DNA of 64,000 nucleotides from Strigamia acuminata (Eukaryota): NCBI GenBank assembly GCA_949358305.1, contig OX442314.1, positions 10,912,001 to 10,976,000 of the forward strand, read 5' to 3'. Shown piece by piece: positions 34,041 to 47,390 of this stretch (position 1 is its first letter; each line of letters starts with the position of its first letter). The notes under the pieces were generated by a model. It saw only the letters and a program-made list of their open reading frames with translations, ran no database searches and was not told where the DNA came from. The position numbers and the translations under genes were made by a program.

Positions 34041-36525
34041 ATGGCGTGGAGATCCCATGGAAGAGACAACACGGATATGGTACATCAGTTGAAGCGTTAG
34101 TATTTCATCGACGAGATTGGAGGTGGTGAAATGAGTTAATGAGTTTTGTTTAGGAAACGGAATTATTCGCAGTGATAGGGTGGAAAACACAATGTTGGCT
34201 GTGGATCGCGGCAAATACTGCAAACATAATCCGTACATGGATGCGCCACAGAGCATCGGATATGCCGTCACAATAAGTGCTCCTCATATGGTGAGCTCAT
34301 GAAAATAGTGGAATCTAAAATGAAAAAAAAGTTACATAAAAAGACGTTTTTTTTTAAATGAGCATTTTTGCACATAAAAGGTGCATTTTCACTAGAAAAA
34401 TTGCATTTTTGCACTTATAAAGGCCATTTTTGCACTTATAAAGGCCATTTTTGCACTAAAAAAGGCCATTTTTGCATATAAATAATGCATTTTTTCATTT
34501 AAAAAGGCCATTTTTGCACTTTAAAAGGCCATTTTTGCACTAAAAAGGCCATTTTTGCACTAAAAAGGCCATTTTTGCACATAAAAAGGCCATTTTTGCA
34601 CTTAAAAAGGCCATTTTTGCACTTAAAAATGCCCTTTTTGCACTTAAAAAGGCCATTTTTGCATCTAAAAATTGAATTTTTGCACTTAAAAATGCCATTT
34701 TTGCACTTAAAAATGCCATTTTTGCACTTAAAAATGCCATTTTTGCACTTAAAAATGCCATTTTTGCACTTAAAAATGCCATTTTTGCACTTAAAAATGC
34801 CATTTTTGCACTTAAAAATGCCATTTTTGCACTTAAAAATGCCATTTTTGCACTTAAAAATGCCATTTTTGCACTTAAAAATGCCATTTTTGCACTTAAA
34901 AATGCCATTTTTGCACTTAAGAATGCCATTTTTGCATATAAATAATGCATTTTTTCATTTAAAATTACTTTCAGTGCATGGAAAGCGAATTTTTACATCT
35001 AAAAAAAATACTTTCTGTTAATTAAATTGCATTATTGCACAAAAGTGCTTATTTTATGTAAAATTTGCATTTTTTGTACATAAAAAGTTCTTATTGCACT
35101 TATTTATAGGTATGAATTGGACTTTTGCACATGAAAAGTCTTGCATTTTCTCTCGTCGTATTCCACAATTTCAACTAGCCTCTGAAATTGTAATAATAAA
35201 TTTAATGGTTGGTTTTTTTGAATTTATTTTTTAGCATGCACATGCACTTGAGCTGCTCAAAGACCATCTAAGGGAAGGTGCCAGCGCCTTGGATGTCGGC
35301 TCGGGCAGCGGATATTTAACCGTTTGCATGGCTTTGTTGGTGGGCGAGACGGGCAAAGCTGTAGGCATTGATCACATCCCTGAACTCGTTAACATGTCAA
35401 TTGAGAATATAAAAAAGGACCAGCCAGGTCTACTTGATTCAGGAAGAGTCAAAATGATAGGTATACTCGTTTGCAAGAAATATTGGATGTTTGAGCTTTA
35501 AGTGCATTTTTCTTTGCAGCTGGTGATGGTCGACAGGGTTACCCGTCGGAAGCACCGTACGACGCGATCCATGTGGGGGCAGCTGCCCCGCAGTTGCCTC
35601 AAGAGGTGACTTCGAAATTCTTAGCGTGATTTGTGTGAGGTTTTGGTAACTAGGAGAATTCAGGTTGATTAATTTTGTTTTTGAAAAATTTTCTTTGAAA
35701 AATGTGAAGCAAATTGGATTTTTTCCACCTGCAGCACACTGTGGGCCGACACCATCTGGCTAGGACCCAGCTGAACATGTGGGCTGCAGTTATCATCAAG
35801 AATGATAATTTGTGCACATAAAATTTCATCTAAAATTGCAGTTTTTCATCTAAAATTGCAGTTTTACGTCTAAAATTGCAGCTTTTCGTCTAAAATTGCA
35901 GTTTTCATCTCAAATGATCAGTTTTCATCTCAAATGATCAGTTTTCATCTCAAATGATCAGTTTTTCATCTAAAATTGCAGTTTTTCATCTAAAATTGCA
36001 GTTTTTCATCTAAAATTGTAGTTTTTCATCTAAAATTGCAGTTTTTCATCTAAAATTGCAGTTTTTCATCTAAAATTGCAGTTTTTCATCTAAAATTGCA
36101 GTTTTTCATCTAAAATTGCAGTTTTTCATCTAAAATTGCAGTTTTTCATCTAAAATTATCATTTTTACAACTAAAATTGTAGTTTTTCATCAAAAATGAT
36201 AATTTATGCACTTAAAATTGCAGTTTTTGCCAAAAAGCAAAAAAAAAAAATCTATTTTACCTCCAAAAAAGTTACCTAACTTACACTTCACACTACCTAC
36301 ACGATTTAATTGCCACCAACTTATCGATGAACCCAATTGCAGTTGATCAACCAATTAAAACCTGGCGGTCGACTGGTGATCCCAGTGGGCCCCGAAGGCC
36401 GCAACCAGATGCTCGAGCAGATCGACAAACTCCCCGACGGATCCATCAAGCAGACCCCGCTGATGGGAGTAGTGTACGTGCCCTTGACAGACAAGGACGC
36501 GCAATGGCCAAGGTGGAGATCCTAA
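34041..36525 (+). CDS. PCMT1: Protein-L-isoaspartate(D-aspartate) O-methyltransferase
   Basis: Exons 34041-34095, 34154-34290, 35235-35460, 35520-35605, 36343-36525. Motifs [57 protein letters not shown]. Confidence 0.96.
34400..34960. repeat. 21-bp minisatellite (AAAAATGCCATTTTTGCACTT) in a PCMT1 intron
   Basis: More than 20 tandem units. Confidence 0.95.
35815..36230. repeat. 20-bp minisatellite (TAAAATTGCAGTTTTTCATC) in a PCMT1 intron
   Basis: About 20 tandem units. Confidence 0.95.
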
Positions 36526-37514
36526 ATCCTCCTTTCACTCTGCATATATTTTTGTGACACTTTTGTGATTTGTAAAATTACAGAAAAAACTCAGCAAGTT
36601 CCAGCCCAATAATTTTTCCTTTGCAATTACTATTCTTACTTTTCCTTTCCTTTCCCTTTGTTTTCATGTCTGAATTTCTCTTTTTTCCTTCTCTGAATGT
36701 AAAAAAACGAAAAAAAATAACCATTTTTTCCATTTCTTTTTTCTCTGATTTCAGGCGCTAGCCTTGATTTGAATCGCTTTGTTTTGCCTCGTTTTTCTTT
36801 CCTTTTTGCTTTGTACACTTTCGTGACACGCTATGGGTGTCTCGCAATGACAGTCCGCCTTATTCAGCTGTGTTAATGACAAAAAAAACATTATATATTT
36901 GATGAGAAAACGTTGTAATCCACAGGGCCGAGCTGTAACACCTCACACTGCTTCCAGTTGTTGCAGGATATTAATGTCTGCATCTTCATTAGGTGGTGCT
37001 GTTCACAATCCTGAATTAGAAGACTCGTTTCACCCGTGACAGTCGTTAGTTTGGTCCTCTTTTAGTCCAACAAAAATATAAATAAATAAATTATTACTGA
37101 ATTGACTGTTTGTTTTTGTTTAAATAACAATTTACTTACTTATTTTGAATTTTTTCGAGGTAATTTGGGGTTTACCGATTGTATATTTGTATAAATTTAG
37201 TCGATTTGTTATGTACAATTTTTTATTTTTCGTTTAATTGGACAAAATGTCAAAAATGCATTTTTTCGAGTTAAATTTCTGAGTGTTGTGCTAATTGTTA
37301 CAATACGTAGTTTGATTATTTTCAATGTATTTTTGTACAGAGAAGAGAGAGAATTATTTTAGGAATGTGCGATTAATTTTTCGAACAAATTGTCCAAAAA
37401 GGAAGAAAAGTTTAACTTGTTATTGCACTCATTTCTCGCCTAAAATACAAGCCGAACTGGTTTATTGTTTTCGGAAATAAATGTCGATCTTATTCGTCGT
37501 ATTTTGTGTTCATT

Positions 37515-39836
37515 TTAAGTGTGATACAGGCGTAGGATGATGCTGCTCGTTGCCAATATGTAGCGATCCCAAACGGTCTGCATATGCGGTTGGCTGTAAA
37601 ACAATCATTTAATTCATTTTAGACGTTAAATATTAAGGTAAAAAGCACATTATGTCGTTTAAACGAGTGCGAATCACTTGTTTAACGTGTAAAACGAGTG
37701 CGAATCACTTGTTTAACGTGTAAAACGAGTGCGAATCACTTGTTTAACGTGTAAAACGAGTGCGAATCACTTGTTTAACGTGTAAAACGAGTGCGAATCA
37801 CTTGTTTAACGTGTAAAACGAGTGCGAATCACTTGTTTAACGTGTAAAACGAGTGCGAATCACTTGTTTACCGTGTAAAACGAGTGCGAATCACTTGTTT
37901 AACGCGTAAAACGAGTGCGAATCACTTGTTTAACGTGTAAAACTAGGAATTTGCATGCGTGTAAATGTTTTATACTTGTTTAAATGACTTTTATACCTTT
38001 TAAAAATATTCATTCGTTGGGGTGTTTCTAAATAAGCGCTTAGGAAAAAGTCTAAATCGCTGCGAGACCATTTTGCTTGCCGACATGGTTCGATTACCTG
38101 CAATTTATTGAATTATTAGTTGTTTATTTTATTTTAATTTTTTTAAAAAAATAAATACTTTTTCAACGTAATCAACAAATATATCCCGAGCTTCTCGACT
38201 GTGATTTAATCCGTAAGCGATGTTAATTACTGTTCGTGAAATGAACTGGAATTAATTTCAATAATTAATTATTTCGTTGAGTTATTTGCTTGAATTTTTA
38301 CTTTAAAACTGCTTTCACATTCTTGGTACATTTTTTCAGATAATTTCCCTTGGATAGTTCGCAATACGAGGCTGAAATTGTTTTTTTTTAGTGATTTTGG
38401 TGCTTTATAAAGTGAAATTGGTATTAAAATACCTGCGATGATCCTCAAGATGGTCTCTTTCTAATAAGATTTTCAATTCGCGTAAATCTTGTAAAAATTC
38501 TCGATCTAAGTCCACGTCCGTTTCATCAGTCTTGTTGGCTGTTGAGGTGTGCGATTTAATAGTGTTAGATTGAATTTAAAGGGTTTGTTTTTGTTGTACC
38601 AGTCAAATTACTAGTCCAATGTGCGATCATTTGGTTGGCACAATGAAGAAAATCATCAAACGTGAGGTATTGTAATTTACGTTTGCCCGTTTCGAATCTG
38701 TTGTTTGTAATAAATACAATCGCCGAATATTTCCTAAATTTAAAATAGAAACAATAAAAATTAATTAACACTAAATCGTTAAGGAAATGTTAATCGCATT
38801 TAGGGTTGCCAAGTTTTTTAACTTAAAAAATATATATTTTTTTATTAGAATTTAATTTTTAAGTGAAAATAAAATACTTAAGACATTTTGAGTTGAAAAT
38901 ATTGAATTTTTGAAGTGAAAAATTGATTTTTGAGGTAAAAAAAATTGATTTTTGAGGTAAAAAATTGATTTTTGAAATAAAAAATTGATTTTTGATAGAA
39001 CAATTTGAATTTTTAAATTAAAAAAAATATTTGAGCTAAAACTCGTATTTCTGAAGTGAAATATTTAATATCTGGGCTAGAAAAACTGGACTCTGGCAAC
39101 CGTAAACATGTTTTACTTTGCGAGATGTTCTGGAAGAAGAAAATGCATCTGAATATTTTGTACGAGAGAACCGCGCATGTCTTCAACCATTTTAAAAACC
39201 TTTTTCACATTATCGAACTGACGTCGACAACTTTTAAGAGAAACGTTCGTTTTCTCGCTAACCTCATCCAAATCTTTACGATTTCTCGACGACAATTTCT
39301 TTCCTAAAATCTCTCTCAAAACTACATCATCAAATTCATAATACCTGCAAAAATAAAAACATTTTTATTATTAAAAATAAAAACTACAGTTTTCATTTTT
39401 TCATTATTCAATTTTTCTTGTTAAAAATTAAAAATATTAAATTTTGATCACTAAAAATTGAAATTATTCGATTTTCGCATTTAAAATACTTTTCAATCAA
39501 CATTCGTTGGTCTTTCGGTTCCACTTGAAACATCCATTGTCCTGCTAACATAGTAGGATTTTGTAAAAGTCTTTCGAGCATTTGATATGTGCGATAATGA
39601 TCCACGACATCGCTCATGAGTAATTCCACCGAGGCATTTGTTTCCACTAAAACTCCACGTTGGCGCAAAACAGCCGCAGCTTCTTGAGCTGAATACGAAT
39701 AAAATAAACAATGTCATCATTTAAATAAATTACAATATTACGAGGAAATACCTGTGTTTCCTTCTAGCCATAGCTGGTAAACTTCTGTGTCTATTATTGT
39801 CTCGTTTCCTACGAAAATGTCAACATCACTCGACAT
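37515..39836 (-). CDS. FIBP: Acidic fibroblast growth factor intracellular-binding protein
   Basis: Multi-exon. [62 protein letters not shown]...[44 protein letters not shown]...LRLYHT*. Confidence 0.94.
37661..37942. repeat. 31-bp minisatellite in the last FIBP intron
   Basis: 9 copies of AAACGAGTGCGAATCACTTGTTTAACGTGTA. Confidence 0.95.
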
Positions 39837-40066
39837 GCTTGTGCCGCACTGCTCGACAGCCTAGCTAGCAAAAGACCGATACTGGTTATTAAGTACGAGT
39901 GGTTTTCTGTATTTAGCTTGTAATTTTTTTAAAACAAAAATTTCAAACAAAAATTTCGAATTGAAATGAATAAAGGAATAATGAATTGCATAAATTATCG
40001 ATGGGTTAATACAATAACAAAAATTTTAAAATAAATAAAAAAAAAAAACAGAGAAAAACACTCAAT

Positions 40067-41450
40067 AGACAAGATCCGCGATACTGCAGCGCCATCTGCT
40101 GAGCGAACTTAATACTGTCGCATAGTGACAGAAAGTGGCGCCGTGTTTCGTGTGCTGTTCCGCTGTGTTTTAATAATGGTAGAAAACCGCCGATTGGGGT
40201 AACTTGGCATGCTTTTCCAAGTGATATAGCTGTGAGAAAAGAATGGATTGTAAAAATCAGACGTGATTTAGGTCCTAAATTTAAATTAGGAACAGCAAGC
40301 AAAGTCTGTTCTGTTCACTTTCAAAAAAGTGATTTCCGTCCTCTTTTGCATTCAAAAAAAATCTATTTGAAGCGTAATGCAGTTCCTTCAATATTTCCAT
40401 GGTCATCAGAAGCTAAGGTAAAAAAAGGTATTCTAGTTATATTTTTAAAATTAATATTGAATATTTTTTAGATTGCTGAAGCTACCGCTCGTGGAAATCG
40501 TGTAAGAGGAAGAAGCGGTAATAAAATTTTAAAAAGCTTTCATACTGTAACAAATGATAAAAATGTAAGAATACTCGTAATACCGTAGCTAAAATTTTAA
40601 TTTTGATTTTTTTTTAAAAAAAATTATTAATAACTTCAGGTAACAAACCATGAAACAAATGATGTTGAGACGACACTGATAGAAACTGAGATTCATGGTT
40701 TATCTCCAACTGAATTAATACAACAGCTGAGAGATGAAATAGCATCACTGAAGGATACAATAAAAACTAAAAACTCAGTGATACAACAACTTACAGAACA
40801 AGTTCAACAACATGAAAAAAGTGAAGTAACCTTGAAAGATAAATTGGCAACCAAACTCAACTACATTGTAACATTAGAGGCTAGGGTTGAGAAATTTCAG
40901 AAGTCAAGATTGGCAGTAGAGAATTTAAATGATAAAACAGTAAACTTTTATACAGGTTTTCCAAATGTAACGGCAGTTTATGGTGCAGACTGAATATGCT
41001 TTATTGAAAGGGGACATATAACAAGCGGATGTGAAAGGGGGTTTGGGTCACTTAAGACAAGACAGAATATTGCAATTTCCTCCTCTGAACACCTGTTTTG
41101 ATTTTTGATTTTTGATTGTTTTTGTTGATTTATAATATTGTAAACAAGTTTGAGTTTTTATTTTTTATTGTTTTTGTTGACTTCTAATATGGTAAACAAG
41201 TTTTAATGCATTTGCTTTTTATTATTTTTATTTTATTTGGACAGTAAAACTGAATATGAAAAGAGAAAATGATTGTTTTATTTATTTTTATAAAGTACAT
41301 AATATGGTGAAACAAATTTAAAACAGGCTTATACACTCATCAACAAACGTCAACAAATAGGTACCTTCAGTACTGACAGATTTTCTATTTCGATACCAGA
41401 TGGCGCGACTTGTCTCGCGCATGCGCCCTTTCGTATCGCGAATCTTGTCT
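40067..41450 (+). mobile_element. ISL2EU/Harbinger-like deletion derivative with a THAP domain
   Basis: TIRs AGACAAGATCCGCGATAC / GTATCGCGAATCTTGTCT with an AT TSD (40065-66, 41451-52). THAP motif at 40151-40400 (CAVPLC, HAFP, W, VCSVHF, AVPSIF). Coiled coil and FYTGFP exon. DDE core absent. Confidence 0.82.
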
Positions 41451-42233
41451 ATGGACAACGCCATCTACGAATAACTTCACAAAGTGTGGTTTCCAATGGT
41501 TTCCGTATAAATCGAGGTATAAATACAATAAATAGTATTTTAAAATTTCAACTAGTTTACAGAACGTGACAAAATCCTTCATTGTAAAAAACCAAACTAC
41601 AGAAAAATTACAAAAAACAAAAACGTTAAATAAAAATAAACTAAATTCAAAATGGCGAATTGGATGCTCATTCGGTGGCAGAAGAACCCCTCGCATGGCC
41701 TCCTCGCACAATAATGCAATGCGCCTTTATAAATATTCAAAATTAGCTCAGAACAATGCATCATTTAATAGGTTAACCAAAAAACATTGGGCCCCCTATC
41801 GTTTTGGAGTTTAGACAGGGATATGGAAGCTGCATGATGCCTCATACACTGTAACTTTTCATCATGTACAATTCCTTGTGGTGCAAATACACCGCACAAA
41901 CATGAAAAAATATGTAATAAACTTGTGCGGTGTGTAATAGCATGAGGAAATGATATACTGTTAAACGTTTGATGGGATTATCTTTTCGCTTGGGTCAACG
42001 ACAATAGCGGAAGTCGTAAGAAAGCAATAAAAAAAATATGTTGTGTGTACTAAACGATTTTGAAATGTAGCGAGTCTGCAAAAGATGACACAAACGTAAA
42101 AAGCTGCACGTAAGAGCTCTCGAAAGAAAATTTTATTATTTTTTAAAATTTGAATTTTAAATTTTAAAAAAATTGATTTTTAACCAATCAAATCAAAGTG
42201 ATGAATGCAAATACAATTTTCAGCCGTTAAAAG

Positions 42234-42968
42234 ATGCGCAAAACCAGGGAAATGATTTTCTTTTTACTTCTTTTACCACTTTCGACGATCGCTCAGTCGT
42301 ACCCGCATCCGTACGCGAATTTCATGCACGACGGGCGCCAGCAAGCGACGACCGCAAGACCGACGACCAAGAAACCCGCTGACGTCATAGTTAATGTGAG
42401 CAATTTCGTTCTTTTGGGAGTTTTGAAGGTGCTCGTTCATATTTTGGGATTTTTCGGATTCCAATTGCACGTCGGGACTGTGGCGGGTAAAAGGAGTGTG
42501 GAATTTAAGTGTCCGTCGGTTATATTGGATACTATGTGGACAAGTGCGGTAATTTTCGGCGGGAAATCGGATGTGAAATGTTTGCAAAGACTCGTATGTG
42601 AGGATCCAATCAGAGGCGAGGAAAAAATCCGTGCGGCGAGAAGGATTTTGGGTTTTTTGAAAACGTGGGATAGGTAAGAGATTTTTTTTTTTAATTTTAT
42701 TTATTTAATTAAGATTTTTCTTTTTTCCTTTTTTAATTAATTTTTCCGAGTGTTTTTCTTTTTTTGTTTTATTTATTGTGTAATTATTTTCAATTTGATA
42801 ATTTGATTTTAATTTGATTTTTTTCCCGATTTTTTTTTTTTACGAAGCAATTTCGCCATAGAAAAACACGAGAAAATTCTCAAGAACATGGAAAAAAGTC
42901 TCGCAAAAGGTTTTTCGAAGGAAAAATGTCGTTTTGCCTCATGTGCTAATGAGTTGAAATTGCTTTAA
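42234..42968 (+). CDS. Small secreted protein: signal peptide, hydrophobic segment, GKR, DM4/DM12-like Cys domain
   Basis: Exons 42234-42673 and 42848-42968 (phase-2 GT-AG intron). CLQRLVCE and C-terminal G...C...C. Confidence 0.75.
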
Positions 42969-45960
42969 AAACGAGACTATACAACAGTCTTTGTATTTCA
43001 GCGCCCTCACTCACGGTAGAAACAAACTATTTACACATATTTCACCTTTTCTAACTACCATCTTCCACGGGATTTTAACAACAAAAATTCAAAACAAAAA
43101 TGATTTCAAATAGCTTTATTCTTTATTTTAAAGTTTATACATTCAGTTTGTAATAGGTTACCAAACTAGACATCTCGAATGAGTAAAAAAATGCGTAATA
43201 AATATGAAAAAATGAGGTGATTGCTTCGATTCAAGGCCATGGTCGGCCATTGAAATGTTCCTGGACAAATCACAGATCGTAAATGACGACATCAATATTT
43301 ATTAAAACGATAAAAAAAACCCAACAAAATTCACATTTGTTACGCCTGATGTAAACATGTATCAAAATATGACTTGTTGACACCGTATAAAAAGCAATTT
43401 TATTCCAGACAATGCCCAGTTGTATTTTTACTGCGCAATAAACGAAAATTTCCTTTCTCCTATGGCCGCCATTTTTTTTATGGGTTCATCCGTTCATCCA
43501 TATTTTTTTAAGTATCAACAAACGCAATAAAATTAATTCCTATTTCACGTTGGAATATTAAATTAAAAAAGGTGACGATGTTTTAAATCATTGTTAATTA
43601 GAACAAAAAAAAATTATGTCCGCACCTAAAACAACAACTTCGGCCATTTTGGTTTCATGCACCCGCCATTTTGTCTCCACACAACAAATTAAAAATTAAT
43701 ATTCTTTTTTCATATTTTATTCATTACTTCGGCTTAAAATACACATTTCCGGTTAATAATGAACATAACCTGTTTCAAACTATTAAACATTTATTTCCGA
43801 CTTAAAAAAAATAATTATTCGACATTACACAGATGAAAAAGCACAAAAATCGCAGCAATAACATAAAGAAATCCCATCATAAAAACATCAGTTACAGGTC
43901 AATGCAATACATAAAGAAATAATAATAATTCATGTCATGATTTGTCGTCTGTGTGTGCGTATCATCCCGGTATTCCGTTCGCAATTTGCCGCCCCCACAA
44001 TTCGATCAAAAGTCGTTCAACCCGCGCGCCATGAATAAATGAATTTTGCACAGATATTTTGCAAAGGCGCTGCCCTGGCCAATGGTTAATTACTAGCTAT
44101 TTATATGCAAATTAGCAGCGGCCTCCATCACAGAAACATAAACAATTTTACTAAGTAGACACGCAAGACATGTTTTTGCTCGCTGCCATCATGCCGAGAA
44201 TCACATCTGTTTATCCCGCCATTTTGGAGAGATATTAGACTAGCTGCAGGACCACACCTAGTTTTATATTTCGCAAACACCTGCAAAACACAGCGGTTCA
44301 TTGACCTAATATTATTATTTTTTCTCAGAAAACATCAAAATTAATTCAACGGAAATAAAATATCTTGATAAATCTAATAATTTTTTTTAAATTTTTGACT
44401 CGATGTTTCAGTCTCTCAATAGAGGCATCATCGGAAGAATCTGGACTCAATTTAGTTCACCAAACTATTTTAATTCTTTTATTGTAATAAATAAATGTAA
44501 TAATGATTTAATAAATACGAAGAAATTAAAAATTAAAAAATGTTTTATTTATTTTTTTATTTTTTAAATCGTGAAAATCATATTTGAAATGACATCTAGA
44601 AACAGACAGGTTCCTTTGGGCAATAAATTATACTGTTTTATCCTTTTCAACGTTTCGAAATAGGCAATTCTTTTGTATGAAATGTGGATTTGCCTCATAG
44701 ACATGACCCTGACACGTTGAACACTATCATTGCTCAAAATAGTGTAAAAGATGATGCCTTGTCCATGTGATTTACGAGATGATGGCACCAGGAGGCGTTG
44801 CTCTGTGTATAGACATACCCAGGTGTTTAAGGGTCATTGGTTCGTGTCGACCTAGACACACATTTTTGCCTCGCTTTCCCATATCAATTCATTCATAAAA
44901 TTATCCTCATTTTTTTATTTTATTAGCCGTGACTCGTTCAGTATTTAGGTTTTAGGTTAGTTAATGGTAAACAATTTAAATTAAGCCTAAAATGAGAACT
45001 AGATTGATTTTTTTTTTGTTTTTGGTTTATTTATTTATTAATTTATTAATCCAGGCTGTGTAAATTTAAAAAATATATTTTTATTAAAACAAAATGAAAA
45101 ATACAACGGGAAGCAAAACTCTTTAGATTTTCATTATTATTTTTTTTGACTAATTTTAAGAAAAATTTCAGAAAAATAAAAATGACAAATTTTAGTTGAT
45201 TTTTCTTTTTTTTTTACATTTGATTTCACCTCAACCCTGATTTTGGACCAGTTAAAATACATTTCTTCATAAATTTGTTTTAATTTAACACAAAAAATTA
45301 AACAAACAAAAAAATTAAAAAATTTGACGCCATTTTTATGTTATTTTTATGTTAGTACATAGAAAAATGCATTTTGGTGAAGGAAAAGGTGAAGAAAAAT
45401 AAAAATGGAGGCTAGAATGAAATAAAAAATATATTTTTATACATAAAATTGAAATTTGTTTTTTTTTTGTATTTTTTTTTGTATGTTTATTTATTATTAT
45501 TATTATTATTTAAAAAAATTAACTACTTGGATCAATTGTATAGGAGGGCCTGCCAACAACATAATTGGCCCGGCATTGAGCATTATAAACCGGGAATAAA
45601 GGATTCATCCAATCATAAAAAAGAAATTTAAAACAAAAAATATTTACTCATGACTGAGCAACACTGTTGCTGAAAAAACAAGTAAATTAATATTTATACA
45701 TTCGTTCACACAAACATCAGTAAACATTCACACAATGTAGAAAAAACGGATCGAAAAAAGAAAGAAATTTTTTTTTAAGAAAAAAAGATCGCGAATGGAG
45801 CGTCTTATCTTACACGCAAACAAACATGGAGGATTATTTATAACCCGAGGAAGAGAAAACGTTAAAAGAAAAACTATTTACAATAAAAAAACGAGAAGAA
45901 AAATATTTCTAGTATTTAAAAATCGTTAAAACTCGAATTTTTCTTAAAAAATTAAAAAAT

Positions 45961-47151
45961 TCAGGGCTGCGTTTGTTGTTTTTGTTGGTAGGTAGCGCTC
46001 GATGCAGTTCTCAACGCACTCATCATCTGCTCAGTGGCGTATGGACACTTGCTGTAGATAGTGGAACAAGCTTGGCGACTCTGAGTCGTGGATCCCAAAT
46101 ACGCGGCATATTCGTACGCTCCTTTGGGTGTCTTGAGTTCTTGGTACGAAATATTCTTGGGCTTCGCGCTACAAAATAAAAAAAAAAATTAATAAAATAA
46201 ATTTAAAAAATAAATAAAATAAATTTTCGAGAAATAAAAAAAAAAATTAAATGACCGTGAAATTGGAAATAAAAAAGAAATAAAAACAAGTATTGGCTGA
46301 AGGGCTTAAAGGCGCGCGGCAGCCCTTGACTTTGAACCACGTGAACTGGTCGAAAGTAGGGCAAGGTCGCGTTTACCGTCCCTTCCCCCCGCAGCCGATT
46401 CCGGATCGAAGGAGCTTGACCCACATTCCAAATAACACGAAAAAATTACACCGATTTGACATTATTTCAAACTAAAAAAAGCCCAATAAAGCCCAATAAA
46501 GGCCTAAAAACTCCAAAAAAACCCTTAAAAAACCCCAAAAACCCTCAAAAACCGTTAAAAAACCCAAAAACTTTTGAAAAACCGTTACAACCTCCCAAAA
46601 AATAATGAAAAATATCACCCTAAACCCCTCAAAACCCTCAAAAATTACCCTAAAACGCTCAAAAACCCAAAAAATCACCCTAAAACCGTTTAAAAACCGT
46701 TAAAAAGGAGCATAAAAATTAAAAATAAAATAAAATAAGCCAAAAACGTGTAAATTTGATCATTTTCTTACCCGAAAAGTGCTTTGATGAGTCTCTCGTC
46801 GTAGTCGAGTTTATCTTCGTCCATCGTCTCGAGCTCGCAGATGAGTCTCAAAGCGCATCGTTGGTGGTCCACCTCGTTGATCATGTGGAAATAGAGGTCC
46901 ATGTTGCCCAATTTATCGGACAAAGGGTTACTGAGATCCCTCTTCCCGGACGCCAGAGCCACAGCAACTGCAGCCAAGAGCTTGAGTCCGCCGAGAGCCG
47001 CCAGAGTGCCGGACGAGATGCCCGTGACCGTGAACGGCAAGGTGAAGAGCAGCGCTTCGGGAAAGACGGAGAAATTCGGGATGTAGACGGGTTTGCCTTG
47101 GTGGACGATGGTCAGAGCCAACAGACAAGCGAAGATCACCTTAGCGTTCAT
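45961..47151 (-). CDS. Small secreted protein: signal peptide, hydrophobic segment, GKR, DM4/DM12-like Cys domain
   Basis: Exons 46772-47151 and 45961-46168 (phase 2). CALRLICEL and YEYAAYLG...C...YSKCP. 5' UTR intron 47160-47239. Confidence 0.85.
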
Positions 47152-47381
47152 GATGACACCTGATTTTGCAACAAAATTAAAACAAAACGCAATTTTTGTG
47201 CCTTTTTTCGTCTCGTTTTGCACGAAATAAATCGTTTACCTGATGATGCGAGTGGATGGGAAAGATGTGTGTTTGTTGTTGCGTTGTGTTGTGGAGTAAA
47301 TTCCTGTATTCCTCGTCGCAGGTGCGGGTCAATCTGACAATCTCTCAAGTGCAGAAGTAAAAACGTGCTGGGCTCGCTCCA

Positions 47382-47390
47382 TTTTATATA
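47382..47390 (-). promoter_or_regulatory. TATA box of the 45961-47151 gene
   Basis: TATATAAAA upstream of the non-coding first exon, with a CRE-like TGACGTCA at 47399-47406. Confidence 0.5.

Noticed and set aside
34540..35021. ORFs of repeated MAFLSAK / KMPFLHL
   Set aside because: Translations of a 21-bp intronic minisatellite.
37661..37942. 31-bp repeats resembling a CRISPR array
   Set aside because: Head-to-tail with no unique spacers, inside a eukaryotic intron, no cas genes.
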